Shown here: positions 25,931 through 39,254 of the stretch, in pieces
How the letters are laid out: each line of letters starts with the position of its first letter
Position numbering within the stretch: the stretch's first letter is position 1
Origin: Okamejei kenojei
Taxonomy: Eukaryota
Assembly (NCBI GenBank): GCA_035221665.1
Contig: JAVHYY010000181.1
Location: 1-64,000, forward strand
DNA: 64,000 nucleotides
Direction: 5' to 3'
The notes under the pieces: model-generated
Databases searched by the model: none
Told to the model about the DNA's origin: nothing
Seen by the model: only the letters and a program-made list of their open reading frames with translations
Translations under genes and position numbers: made by a program

Positions 25931-26927
25931 GAGCCCATTAGTTTCTCTCTCCTGATTATCTGCAACGTTGCTCCATTATAGGTCTGCCCGGAACGCGATG
26001 GGCTGGATAGCTTCCTTTCATCCATTTATGTTTTACTGATTTTTCGACGCTTCATCCCTGCTCTCGGCATCCCATTGTCCACCGTCTTCTGCAATATCAC
26101 AGATAATTGAAGCTACTATCGGTCATAACGTAACGAAATATGTGGCCGAGTGGGTAAGGCTTCGGACTCCTAATCAATTCCGCTTTGCACGGGTAGGTTC
26201 GAATCTCACCATAGTCATGAACCTACTTTTCATTAATAGAGATTGGTAGTACGAATTTTTCTGAGCATAATTACTCATAGAACAAGTTTGTAGTTTAAGG
26301 AATTGCAGGCGTCGGAAATTGTTCACACCGCAGGGTGCTCCTCAAACTCGTGTCAGGCATTTCATCGGCATATTCTCTCGCACGTGCTCTCACTATCATC
26401 GTTGCTCTCTGCTATTTAATCATTTAACTCTCAACGGTATTCCTGACCGCTCTCTTTCACGACGTTGTTCCCCCTCTCTCCCAACCTGGCAAATTCACGT
26501 CTTCTCATTTTTCCTTCCTCGTTCTCGTTCTGTATCTCCTTCATTCACTCTCTAACTCCTCTCCCCTCTGTCTCTAACTAACTTCACCCATTTTTCTCCA
26601 TCCACGCTCTCTATCTCTCTTTTCATCTGCCATCCGTTATCTCTCGCGTATTCTCTCGTTTCAACCCTACCATTTATTCCCAACCGCTCTCCCTGTTCCT
26701 CTCTTTACCTACCTACCCTATCGCTCTCTCTCTCTTTCACCCTCACACACGCTCTCTCTCTCACTCACTCTTCATCTATCTCTGTCTCTCCCTCAGTCTC
26801 TCACCCTCTCTCTCCGTCTCTCCCTCGCGTTCTCATTAGGATTTTTCACCTGGCCCCTCCCTACTTAGTGCGTGCGTCCCTGGCTCCACGCGCCCTCTAG
26901 CGGGCGCTCACTGCAACTCCCAGAGCC

Positions 26928-26966
26928 GGTTTTTGTCCGGATCCGCCGTCTCCCTGCATCAGTGTG
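26928..26966 (-). other. 23-RSS
   Basis: CACACTG-23bp-ACAAAAACC. Confidence 0.95.
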
Positions 26967-27396
26967 GGGTTCATGGCACAGAGATACACGGCGGAGTCGG
27001 ACACCAGAGCCCCGGATAGAGTTAAATGAGACATCTTCTTCTCTCGCTGCAATGCACCGGTAAACCTCAGCGGGCATTCTGGAGACGGCTCCACTTTTCC
27101 CGATAAACCTATTCTCAGCAAGTATTCAGGAGATTGCCCGCGATGCTGAATATACCAAAATATATATGTAGTAACGCCGTTGTAAGTACAGTTCATTGTT
27201 GTGGTCTGTCCTTCATGAAGCGTTGATTCACGTGGGTTCTGGATCACTGAATCTTGCCCAAACGTTCCTGCAATAAAGCACAGAAATAATGAAAAGCCTG
27301 GACTAACATTGAACCCACGGGACGCACACTGATCACATGCAGAGACTGACCGGGCAGGGTCGCCAATATAAACAGGACCGAACACAGGGAGAACAT
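26967..27396 (-). CDS. Intact family-1 TCR V gene segment
   Basis: Leader 27396-27351, V exon 27267-26967 open, CDR1 NGVTTY; RSS 26966-26928. Confidence 0.9.
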
Positions 27397-29797
27397 GTTT
27401 CCGGCTTCAGACCCGATCAGGAGGCAGATTAATTTCAAGAGGTTGATACCCTTTAACTGATATTGGAGATTAAGATGTGATCCGGGGCACCTTCCCTTTG
27501 TGTACGACAGGGGGCGTCCCCTGTTTAAGGATTGGCTGGCATAGCAGAGCTGAGCCTATCGGGACACGAATCAGTCTGACCGGTGGCTTAGTTTCTCTCC
27601 GAGGCTGGATTTGACGTCTCATTACATTCCCCATCAGTCTGAAGAAAGGTCTCGACCCGAAACGTCACCTATTCCTTCTCTCCAGAGATGCTGCTGTCCC
27701 GCTGAGTTACTCCAGCATTTCGAGTCTACATTCCCAACTCCTTCTCTCCACCGCCACTTCCATCTCTGTCTGCCTTACTTCCCCTCACTTTCTCACCCAT
27801 TCGTCACCCATCTCTCTCTCTCCTCTCTCCACCTGCAGTATTGTGTGCAGTTTTGGTCCCCTAATTTGAGGAAGGACATTCTTGCTATTGAGGGAGTGCA
27901 GCGTAGGTTTACAAGGTTATTTCCCGAGATGGCAGGAATGTCGTATGCTGAGAGAATGGAGCAGCTGGGCTTGTACACTCTGAAGTTCAGAAGGATAAGA
28001 GGGGATCTCATTGAAACAAATAAGATTGTAAAGAGCTTGGACACGCTAGAGGCAGGAAACATGTTCCCGATGTTGGGGGAGTCTTGAACCAGGGGCCACA
28101 GTTTAAGAATAAGGAGTAAGCCATTCTTTACGACGAGGAAACACTTTTTCTCACAGAGTGGTGATTCTGTGGAATTATCTGTCTCAGAGGGCCGTGGAGG
28201 CAGGTTCTCTGGATGCTTTCAGGAGAGAGCGAGATAGGGCTCTTAAAACTTAGCGGAGTCAGGGGATATGGGGAGAAGGCAGGAACGGGGTACTGAATGG
28301 GGATGATCAGCCATGATCACATTGAAATGTGGTGCTGGCTCGAAGGACCAAATGGCCTCCTCCCGCACCTATTATCTATTGCCTATTGTCTCTCGTGTTC
28401 TTTCTGAACACACACTCCCCCCTTCCCTTTCACATTCCCCCCCCCCCCCCCCCTTCCTCCCTCGTTCTACAACACTTTCTCTCCGTTCCTTCCACGTAGT
28501 ATATGTATGTCTTTCTATATCCCTCCTCTCGTCCAACTAACACAACTATGGCCGAGCCTAGTAGGGCAACAATTAGAATGGGCGCGGGCTCATCTTCTCT
28601 CCCTTGTTGTCACCTGCCCCCCCTCCCCCCCACTCCCACCGTCACCTCTATCGCTTTTCTCGTTCGTTCGCCTCTTCTCTCTCTCTCCCTCCCTCTCTCT
28701 CCTTCTCCCTCTCCATCTCTCCAATCTCTCTCTCTCCCCCTCCCCCTCCCCCCCCACACCCCCCCCCCCCCCCCCCCTCTAAAGAGTCCATTATTTTCTC
28801 TCTCCTGATTATCTGCAACGTTGCTCCATTATAGGTCTGCCCGGAACGCGATAGGCCGGATAGACTCCTTTCATCCATTTATGTTTTACTGATATATCGA
28901 CGCCTCATCCCTGCTCTCGGCATCCCATTGTCCACCGTCCACTGCAAGATCACAGATAATTGAAGCTACTATCGGTCATAACGTATGGAAAAATGTGGCC
29001 GAGTGGTTAAGGCTTCGGTCTGCTAATCAATTCTGCTTTGCACGGGTAGGTTCGAATCTCACCCTTGTCATTAACCTAATTTTCATTTATTGAGATTAAA
29101 TTATAATATTTTTTTCCCAGCTTAATTACTCATGGAACAAATTTGTAGTTTAAGGAATTGCAGGCGTCGGAAATTGCTCACACCGCAGGGTGCTCCTCAA
29201 ACAAGTTCAGGCAGACATTTTCATCGGCATATTCTCTCGCACTGCTCTCACTCACAAACACAATCGTTGCTCTCTGCTAATTAATCATTTAACTCTCAAC
29301 GGTATTCTTGACCGCTCTCTTTCACAACGTTGTTCCCCCTCTCTCCCAACCTGGCAAATTCACGTCTTCTCATTTCTTCTTCCTCGTTCTCGTTCTGTAT
29401 CTCCTTCATTCACTCTCTAACTCCCTCCCCTCTGTCTCTTACTAACTTCACCCATTTTTCTCCATCCGCGCTCTCTATCTCTCTTTTCAAGTGCCATCCG
29501 TTATCTCTCGCGTATTCTCTCGTTTGAACCCTACCATTTATTTCCAACCGCTCTCTCTGTTCCTCTCTTTACCTACCTACCCTATCGCTCTCTCTCTCTT
29601 TCTCCCTCACACACTCTCTCTCTCTCTCACTCACTCTTCATCTATCTCTGTCTCTCTCTCATCTCTCACCCTCTCCTCTCTCTCCGTCTCTCCCTCGCGT
29701 TCTCATTAGGATTTTTCACCTGGCCCCTCCCTACTTAGTGCGTGCGTCCCTGGCTCCACGCGCCCTCTAGCGGGCGCTCACTGCAACTCCCAGAGCC

Positions 29798-29836
29798 GGT
29801 TTTTGTCCGGATCCGCCGTCTCCCTGCATCAGTGTG
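29798..29836 (-). other. 23-RSS
   Basis: CACACTG-23bp-ACAAAAACC. Confidence 0.93.
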
Positions 29837-30275
29837 GGGTTCATGGCACAGAGATACACGGCGGAGTCGGACACCAGAGCCCCGGAGAGAGTTAAATGAG
29901 ACATCTTCTTCTCTCGCTGCAATGCACCGGTAAACCTCAGCGGGCATTCTGGAGACGGCTCCACCTTGCCCGATAAACCTATCCTCAGCAAGTATTCAGG
30001 AGATTGCCCGCGAAAGCTGAATATACCAACATATATATGTAGTAACGAGCGCCGTTGTAAGTACAAGTTCATTGTTGTGGTCTGTCCTTCGTGAAGCGTT
30101 GATTCACGGGGTCCTGATCACTGAATCTTGCCCACACGTTCCTGCAATAAAAGTACAGAGAATTTATGAAAAGCCTGGACTAACATTGAACCCACGGGAC
30201 GAGCACACTGATCACATGCAGATACTGACCGGCAGGGTCGCCAAATATAATCAGGACCGAACACAGGGAGATCAT
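29837..30275 (-). pseudogene. Family-1 V copy, frameshifted 5' half
   Basis: 3' half in frame (ORF 29767-30072), indels in FR1/CDR1 and leader; RSS 29836-29798 intact. Confidence 0.65.
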
Positions 30276-32564
30276 GGTTTCCCGCTGCAACCCGATCAGA
30301 AGGCAGATTAATTTCAAGTTATATTCCGTTTAACTGATATTGGAGATTAACATGAGATCCGGGTCAACCTTCCCTTTTGTGTACTACAGGGGCCGTCCCC
30401 CTTTTTAACGATTGGCTGGCATAGCAGAGCTGAGCCTATCGGGACACGAATCAGTCTGACCGGTGGCTTAGTTTCTCTCCGAGGCTGGATTTGACGTCTC
30501 ATTACATTCCCCATCAGTCTGAAGAAAGGTCTCGACCCGAAACGTCACCTATTCCTTCTCTCCAGAGATGCTGCTGTCCCGCGGAGTTACTCCAGCATTT
30601 CGAGTCTACAATTCGCCAACTCCTTCTCTCCACCCGACACTGCCATCTCTGTCTGCCTAAGATTCCCCTCACTTTCTCACCCATTCGTCACCCATCTCTC
30701 TCTCCACCTGCAGTATTGTGTGCAGTTTTGGTCCCCTAATTTGAGGAAGGACATTCTTGCTATTGAGGGAGTGCAGCGTAGGTTTACAAGGTTATTTCCC
30801 CGAGATGGTCAGGAATGTCCGAATGCTGAGAGAATGGAGCAGCTGGCTTGTACACTCTGAAGTCAGAAGATGAGAGGGGATCTCATTGAAAACAAATAAG
30901 ATTGTAAAGAGCTTGGACACGCTAGAGGCAGGAAACATGTTCCCGATGTTGGGGGAGTCTTGAACCTGGGGCCACAGTTTAAGAATAAGGAGTAAGCCAT
31001 TCTTTACGACGAGGAAACACTTTTTCTCACAGAGTGGTGATTCTGTGGAATTATCTGTCTCAGAGGGCCGTGGAGGCAGGTTCTCTGGATGCTTTCAGGA
31101 GAGAGCGAGATAGGGCTCTTAAAACTTAGCGGAGTCAGGGGATATGGGGAGAAGGCAGGAACGGGGTACTGAATGGGGATGATCAGCCATGATCACATTG
31201 AAATGTGGTGCTGGCTCGAAGGACCAAATGGCCTACTCCCGCACCTATTATCTATTGCCTATTGTCTCTCGTGTTCTTTCTGAACACACACTCCCCCCTT
31301 CCCTTTCACATTCCCCCCTTCTCCCTCGTTGTACAACACTTTCTCTCCGTTCCTTCCACGTAGTATATGTATGTCTTTCTATATCCCTCCTCTCGTCCAA
31401 CTAATACAACTATGGCCGAGCCCTAGTTAGGGGCAACAATTTAGAATGGGCGCGGGCTCATCTTCTCTCCCTGGTTGTCACCTGCCCCTCCTCCCCCCAC
31501 TCCCACCGTCACCTCTATCGCTTTTCTCGTTCGTTCGCCTCTTCTCTCTCTCTCCCTCTCTCTCCTTCTCCCTCTCTCAATCTCTCTCTCCCCTCCCCCT
31601 CTCCCCACCCCCTCATGCACCCCCCCCCCCTCTAAAGAGTCCATTATTTTTCTCTCTCCTGATTAACTGCAACGTTGCTCCCATTATAGGTCTGCCCGAA
31701 CCGCGATAGGCCGGATAGACTCCTTTCATCCATTTATGTTTACAGATATAATCGACGCTCATTATCCTGCTCTCGGGCATCCCATTTGTCCACCGTCCAC
31801 TGCAAGATCACAGATAATTGAAGCTTGCTATCGGTCATATTTAACGTATGGAAAAAATGTGGGCCGAGTGGTTAAGGCTTCGGTCTGCCTAATCAATTCT
31901 GCTTTGCACGGGTAGTTTCGAATCTCCACCTTGTCATTAACCTTAATTTTCATTTATTGAGATTAAATTATATTAATTAATCATGCTTAATTAATCATTA
32001 AACTCTCAAAACGGTATTCGTTTGCTCTCTGCTAATTGACCGCTCTCTTCACAACGTTGTTCCCCCTCTCTCACAACCTGGCAAATTCACGTCTTCTCAT
32101 TTCTTCTTCCTCGTTCTCGTTCTGTTTGTATCTCCTCCATTCACTCTCTAACTCCCTCCCCTCTGTCTCTTACTAACTTCACCACACCATTTTTCTCCAT
32201 CCATGCTCTCTATCTCTCTTTTTCATGTGCCATCCGTTATCTCTCGGTATTCTCGCGTTTGAACCCTACAGTTATTTCCCAACGCTCGTTCTGTTCCTCT
32301 CTTTACCTACCTTACCTATCGCTCTCTCTCTCTTTTCTTCCTCACACACTCTCTCTCTCTCTCACTCACTTTCATCTATCTATGTACTCTCCTCAGTTCT
32401 CACTCTCTCTACCGTCTCTCCATAGCATTTCATTTGGATTTTTCACCTGGCCCTCCCATACTTTGTGCGTGCGTCCCTGGCTCCACGCGCCCTCTAGCGG
32501 TCGTCACTGCAACTCCAAGAGCCGGTTTTTTTTGTCGGATCCGCCGTCTCCCTGCATCAGTGTG

Positions 32565-32993
32565 GGGTTCATGGCACGTGATACACGGAGGAGTCGGACA
32601 CAGAGCCCGGAGTGAGTTAAATGAGACAGCTTCTTCTCTCGGCTGCAATGCACCGTTAAACCTCAGCGGGCATTCCTGGAGGGACGGCTCCACTTTTCTC
32701 CCGATCAACCTATTCTCAGCAAGTATTCAGGGAGATGCCCGCGAGCTGAATATACCAAAATATATATGTAATAGCGCCGTTGTAAGTACAGTTCTTGCTG
32801 TGGTTCTGATCTTCGTGAAGCGTTGATTCCACGGGGGGGTTCTGGAATCACTGATCTAGCCCACTAGTTCCTGCAAAAAAGCAACAGAAATATGAAAAAG
32901 CCTGGGCTAACATTGAACCAGGGAGCACATGATCAATGCGAGACTGACCGGCAGGCGTGGGCCAATATAAACAGGACCGAACACAGGGAACAT
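32565..32993 (-). pseudogene. Family-1 V copy, many indels
   Basis: Recognisable V/leader homology; heptamer 32558-32564. Confidence 0.65.
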
Positions 32994-34766
32994 GGTCCCG
33001 GCTTCCGACCCGAACAGAAAGCAGATTAATTTTCAACTGGTTGATATCCTTTAAATGTTTATTGGAGATTAAGATGGAGATCCGGGGGCACCTTCCCTTG
33101 TTGTGTACGACAGGGGGGTACCCTGTTTAAGCGATTGGCTGGCATATCAGAGCTGGGCCTATCAGGACACGCCTAATCAGTCCTGACGGTGTGCTTTTAG
33201 TTTCTCTCCGAGGCTGGGTTTGACGTCTCATTACATAGTCCCAAACAGTCTGAAAGAAAGGTCTCGACCCGAACGTCTACCCATTCCTTCTCTCCAGAGA
33301 TGCTGCCTGTTCCGCTGAGTTACTCCAGCATTCGAGTCTACAACATTCCCCAACTCTTTCTCTCCACCGCCAAGCGCACTTCCGTATCTCTGCTCCCTTA
33401 CTTCCCCTCACTTTCTCCTCACCCATTCGTCACCCATCTCTCTCTCTCCACCTGCTTATTTTGTGTCAGTTTTGAATACTCACTCCCCTCATTTGAGGAA
33501 GGGACATTTCTCCCCTTGCTTGCTTCGGATTGCATGGGCGTCAACGTAGGTTTACAAGGTTAATCCCTTTTGGCCAAGGACTTCTTAACGCTGAGAGAAT
33601 GAAGCAGCTGGGCGTGATAACTCTGAAGTGTTGAGAATGATGAGAGGGGATCGCATTGAAATATATAAGATGTTGTGGGCTTGGAACACTATAGCCGAGG
33701 AAACCATGTTCCCGATTGTTGGGGGAGTCTAGAACCAGGGTCCACAGTAAGATAAGAAGGAGTAAGCCATTCAGAACCAGACGAGGAAACATTTTTCTCA
33801 CAGAGAGTGGTGATTCTGTGGAATTTATCTGTCTCAGGAGGGCACGTGGTCAGGCAGGTTCTCTGGGATGCTTTCAAGAGAGAGAGAGATAGGGCTCTTT
33901 AAAAATTAGCGAGTCAGGGATATGGGGAGAAGGCAGTACGGGGTACTGAATGGCGATGATCAGCCATGATTGAAATGTGGTGCGTCTCGAAGGACCAAAT
34001 GGCCTACTCCCGCACCTATTGTCTATTGCTATTGTCTCGTCTCTCGGGTGTTCTTTCTGAACGCACACTCCCCCCTTCCCCTTTCACATTCCCCATTCTC
34101 CCCTCGTTGTACAATACTTTCTCTCTCCTCCGTTCATTCCACGTAGTATATGATGCCTTCTATATCCTCCTCTCGTCCAACTAATACAACGATGGCCGAG
34201 GCCTAGGCAACAATTAGAATGGGCGCGGCTATCTTCTCTCCCCGGTGGTTGTCTCCTGCCCTACCCCCACAACCCCCCCCCCCCCCCCCCCCACTCCACC
34301 GCCACCTTATCGCTTTTCTCGCTCGTTCGCCTCTTCTCTCTCTCTCCCTCTCTCTACGTTCTCCCTCTCTCAATCTCTCTCTCCCCTCCTCTCTTCCTTC
34401 ACNNNNNNNNNNNNNNNNNNNNNNNNNNNNNNNNNNNNNNNNNNNNNNNNNNNNNNNNNNNNNNNNNNNNNNNNNNNNNNNNNNNNNNNNNNNNNNNNNN
34501 NNNNNNNNNNNNNNNNNNNNNNNNNNNNNNNNNNNNNNNNNNNNNNNNNNNNNNNNNNNNNNNNNNNNNNNNNNNNNNNNNNNNNNNNNNNNNNNNNNNN
34601 NNNNNNNNNNNNNNNNNNNNNNNNNNNNNNNNNNNNNNNNNNNNNNNNNNNNNNNNNNNNNNNNNNNNNNNNNNNNNNNNNNNNNNNNNNNNNNNNNNNN
34701 NNNNNNNNNNNNNNNNNNNNTCCCCCCCCCCCCCCCCCCCCTCTCCCCCCAAACCCCCCCCCCCCG

Positions 34767-34797
<31 letters not shown>

Positions 34798-36071
34798 CCC
34801 CCCCCTCCCCTCCCCCCCCCCCCCCCCCCCCCCCCCTACCTCCCCCCCCGCTCCCCCCCTCCCCGGCTCCCCATATTTTTCTCTCCACGCCGCGACCCTC
34901 ATGAGTCACCCGCCCCCCCTCACCCTCCCCCCCCCCTTCTAAAGCATGTGTACTCTCTCCTGGCTCCATTATAGGTCTGGATCCCGGACCGCGATGGGCC
35001 GGATAGCCTCCTTTCATCCATTTTGTTTGTTTTACTGATATATGTCGACGCTTCATCCTGCTCTCGGCATCCCATTGTCCACCGTCCTCTGCAAGATCAC
35101 AGATTTAATTGAAGCTACTATCGGTCATAACGTAACGTAAAAAGTGTGGTGGCCGAGTGGGTAAGGTTCGGGCTGCTAATCTATTCTGCTTTGCACGGGT
35201 AGGGTTCGAATCTCACCCTAGTCATGAACTATTTCATTTATTGATGATTAACGAATTTTTTTTTTCCCAGGCTTAATTACTCATAGAACATGTTTGTAGT
35301 TTAAGGAATTGCAGGCGTCGGAAATTGTTCACACCGCAGGGTGCTCTCCTCAAACTCGTGTTCAGGCATTCATCGGCAATTCTCTCGCATTTCGTGCTTC
35401 TACTATCATCGTTTGCTCTCTGCTATTACTCATTTAAAACTCTCAACGGTATTCCTGACCGCTCTCTTTCACGACGTTGTTCCCCCTCTCTCCCAACCTG
35501 GCAAATTCACGTCTTCTCATTTTTCATTCCTCGTTCTCGTCTATCTCCTGCATTTCACTCTCCAACTTCTCCCCTCTGTCTCTAACAAACCTCACCCATT
35601 TTTCTCACATCCCCGCTCTCTACTCTCACCCACTCTTTCATCTGCCATCCGTTAATCTATCCCGTATTCTCTTCGTTTGAACCCTAGCCATTTATTTACC
35701 AACCGCATTCACTGTTCCTCTCTTTACCTACCTACCCTATCGCTTCTCTCTTTTTCTCCTCTCTCACACTCACTCTCTCTCACTCATCTCTCCCATCTCC
35801 CTCTTCTGTATGTATGTCTTTCCTCTGTCTCACCTCTGCCTCTCTCTCTTCTCTCTCTCTCTCTCAGTCTCTATCTCCTCCTCTCTCTTCTCCCTCTACT
35901 CTCTTCTCTTCTCCTCGCATTCTCATTAGGATTTTTCACTTGGCCCCTCCCTACTTAGTGCGTGGGTCCTCCCGTAACCCGGGCTCCGCGGCGCCCTCTA
36001 GCGGGCGCTTCACTGCAACACCCAGAGCCGGTTTTTTTTGTCCGGATCCGCCGTCGCCCTGCATCAGTGTG

Positions 36072-36502
36072 GTGGGTTCATGGCACAGAGATACACGGCG
36101 GGAGTCGGACACCAGAGCCCCGGAGAGAGTTAAATGAGACATCTTCTTGTCACGCTGCAATTCACACGGTAAACCTCAGCGGGCATTCTGGAGACGGTCC
36201 ACTTTCCCGATAAATCTATTCTCAGAAGTATTCAGGAGATCTGCCGCGAAGCTGAATATACCAAAATATATATTGTAGAGCCGCGTTGTAAGTACAGTTC
36301 ATGTTGTGGTCTGTCCTTCTGAAGCGTTGATTCACGGGGGTTCTGGATCACTGGAATCTTGCCCACTCGTTCTGCAATAAAGTACAGAGATGATGAAAAG
36401 CCTGGACTAACATTGAACCCACGGGACGCACACACTGATCACATGCAGAGACTGACCGGGCAGGGTCGCCAATATAAACAGGACCGAACACAGGGAGAAC
36501 AT
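36072..36502 (-). pseudogene. Family-1 V copy, many indels
   Basis: Recognisable V/leader homology; heptamer 36065-36071. Confidence 0.65.
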
Positions 36503-36765
36503 CTCTCTTAGTGCCGGCTTCAGACCCGATCAGAAAGGCAGATTTACTTTCAAGAGGTTGATACTCTTTAAACTGATAGTTGGAGATTAAGATCAGATCC
36601 GGGGGCACCTTCCCTTTGTGTGCGACAGGGGGGCGTCGTCCCCTGTTTAAGGAATTTGGCTGGCCTATCAGAGCTGGGCTATCGGACATCGAACGAATCA
36701 GTCTGACCGGTGGCTTAGTTTCTCTCCGAGGCTGGTTTTGACGTCTCATTACATTCCTCATCAGT

Positions 36766-36845
36766 CTGAAGAAGGGTCTTGACCCGAAACGTCACCCATT
36801 CCTTCTCTCCAGAGATGCTGCCTGTCCCGCTGAGTTACTCCAGCA
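36766..36845 (+). mobile_element. Penelope-like terminal-repeat fragment with minimal hammerhead-like core (best copy)
   Basis: CTGAAGA-A-GGGTC-TT-GACCC-GAAA-CGTC; copies at 2497, 8563, 12697, 15606, 18564, 20732, 23792, 27639, 30519, 33250. Confidence 0.55.
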
Positions 36846-38108
36846 CTTCGAGTCTACATTCCCCAACTCTTTCTCTCCACCGCCAGCGCCACCTTCCATC
36901 TCCCTCTCCCTTACTTCCCCTCACTTTCTCACCAATTCGTCACCCATCTTTCTCTCTCTATCTGGAGTATCGTGTGCAGTTTCGGTCCCCTAATTTGAGG
37001 AAGGACATTCTTGCTGCTGAGGGACTGCAGCGTATTTTACAAGGTTAATTCCCGGGATGGCGGGACTGTCATATGCTGAGAGAATGGAGCAGCTGGGCTT
37101 GTACACTCTGGAGTTCCGAAGGATGAGAGGGGACCGCAATGAAACATATGTTTCAAAGAGGGCTTGCTTATTAAGGGCTGCTCAAGATTGTTAAGGGCTT
37201 GGACACGCTAGAGGCAGGAAATATGTTCCCGATGTTGGGGGAGTCCAAAACCAGGGGCCACAGTTTAAGAATAAGGAGCAAGCCACTAGAATGGAGACGA
37301 GGAAACAATTTTTCTTAGAGAAGAGAGCATGGTGATTAAGTGGAATTCTCTGCCTCAGAGGGCCGTGGAGGCAGGTTCTCAGGATACTTTCAAGAGAGAG
37401 CTAGATAGGGCTCTTAAAAAAGCGGCTCCATATGGATATTATAGGGGAGAAGAGGTGCAGGAACGGGGTACGTAGAAGGATTGGGGATGATCAGCCATGA
37501 TCATATTGAATGGCGGTGCTAGCTCCAAGGGCCAAATGGCCTACTCCTGCACCTATTGTCTATTGTCTGTTGTCTATCGTCTCTCGTGTTGTTCTTTCTG
37601 AATCCTCACAACCCACTCCCCTTTCATATTCTCCACTTCTGCCTCGTTTTACAACTCTTTCTCTCCGCTCCTTGCAAGCAGCTCTTTGCATTAATCCCCA
37701 ACCACTCTCCCCCGCCCTGATAAGCCCGCAACGCCTGCAATCTCTCTCCACCTCTCTCTGTCACAACCTCTCCTTTCACACACCTTTCATCACCATTCTC
37801 CTCTTTACCACTCACGTTCTTTCTCCCACCTATCTTTCCCTTCCATTTCTCTTTTTCCTTTCTGCTTCTCTCCATTTAACTATTTTTATCCGCTCCTTGC
37901 TCTTTCTCTTCATCTGCCCTCTTTCTCATTCACTCCTCACACCCAGCCAACACAACCATCGCTGAGCCCGTCAGAGCACCAATTCAAAGGAGCGTTGGCT
38001 CAGCTTCTCTGCTTGGTTGTCTCCCCGTCCCCCTCCTTTTCCCTTTTCCTACTCGTTCTCTCTTCTTCTGGCACCCCTTCTCCCTCTCTCTCTCTCTCCC
38101 CTCTCTCG

Positions 38109-38148
<40 letters not shown>

Positions 38149-38654
38149 CCTTTCTCTCTCCTCTGCTCTCTCTCCTCATCACTTTCTCGNNNNNNNNNNN
38201 NNNNNNNNNNNNNNNNNNNNNNNNNNNNNNNNNNNNNNNNNNNNNNNNNNNNNNNNNNNNNNNNNNNNNNNNNNNNNNNNNNNNNNNNNNNNNNNNNNNN
38301 NNNNNNNNNNNNNNNNNNNNNNNNNNNNNNNNNNNNNNNNNNNNNNNNNNNNNNNNNNNNNNNNNNNNNNNNNNNNNNNNNNNNNNNNNNNNNNNNNNNN
38401 NNNNNNNNNNNNNNNNNNNNNNNNNNNNNNNNNNNNNNNNNNNNNNNNNNNNNNNNNNNNNNNNNNNNNNNNNNNNNTCTACTCCCTTATTCTCCGCTGC
38501 TTCTCGTTGATGTTCTTTTCTTTCCCGCTGGCGTCCACGTCTTCCATCTCTCCCCTCAGTCTTCTCCCTCTTCCATTTCTCTCTCCCTCCCCTCCTCCCC
38601 CTTTCTCTGATCGCCCACTCCATAGCTCTTTCTTTTCTCTCTCCTCGGGATCCC

Positions 38655-39040
38655 AAGGTGAAGGGGAATAGATTGAATAGGAATCTGAGGGGTAACGTTT
38701 TCACACAAAGGGTGGTGGGTGTATGGAACGAGCTGCCAGAAGAGGAAGTTGAGGCTGGGACAATCCCACGTTTAAGGAACAGTTAAACAGGTGCTTTCAA
38801 GAGAGAGCTAGATAGGGCTCTTAAAAATAACGGATATGGGGAGAAGGCAGGAACGGGGTACTGATTGGCCTTCTCCTGCACCTATTGTATATTGTCTATT
38901 TTACATGGGTCGGATATGTATGGAGGTATATGGACCAAGCGCAGGCAGGTGCGACTAGTGTAGCTGGGACATGTTGACCGCTGTGGGCAACTTGGGAAGA
39001 ATGGCCTGTTTCCACACTGTATCACTCTATGACTCTGAGT
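38655..39040 (+). mobile_element. Nested CR1 LINE 3' fragments
   Basis: FTQRVVGVWNELPEE-type coding relic plus CR1-type 3'UTR and tails. Confidence 0.7.
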
Positions 39041-39254
39041 CTATCTGCAACGTTGCTCCATTACAGAGCTTCCATAGACCCGATGGGCCGGATAGCCTCC
39101 TTTCACCTATTCTATGATTTACTGATATGTCTATGCTTCATCTATGCTGCCGTCCGGTTGTCCACCTTCTGCTGCATGGTCACCAATAAATGAAGCTTCT
39201 ATCATAGGTCATAATGCAATGGACGATGTGGCCGAGTGGTCAAGGATCGGCGCT

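Larger units (their letters stand above)
1..37600. repeat. Tandem segmental array of family-1 units (2.0-3.8 kb)
   Basis: RSS nonamers at ~1720, ~4818, 7830, 9979, 11988, 14893, 17858, 20020, 23080, 26928, 29798, ~32524, ~36030 with shared flanks. Confidence 0.9.
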
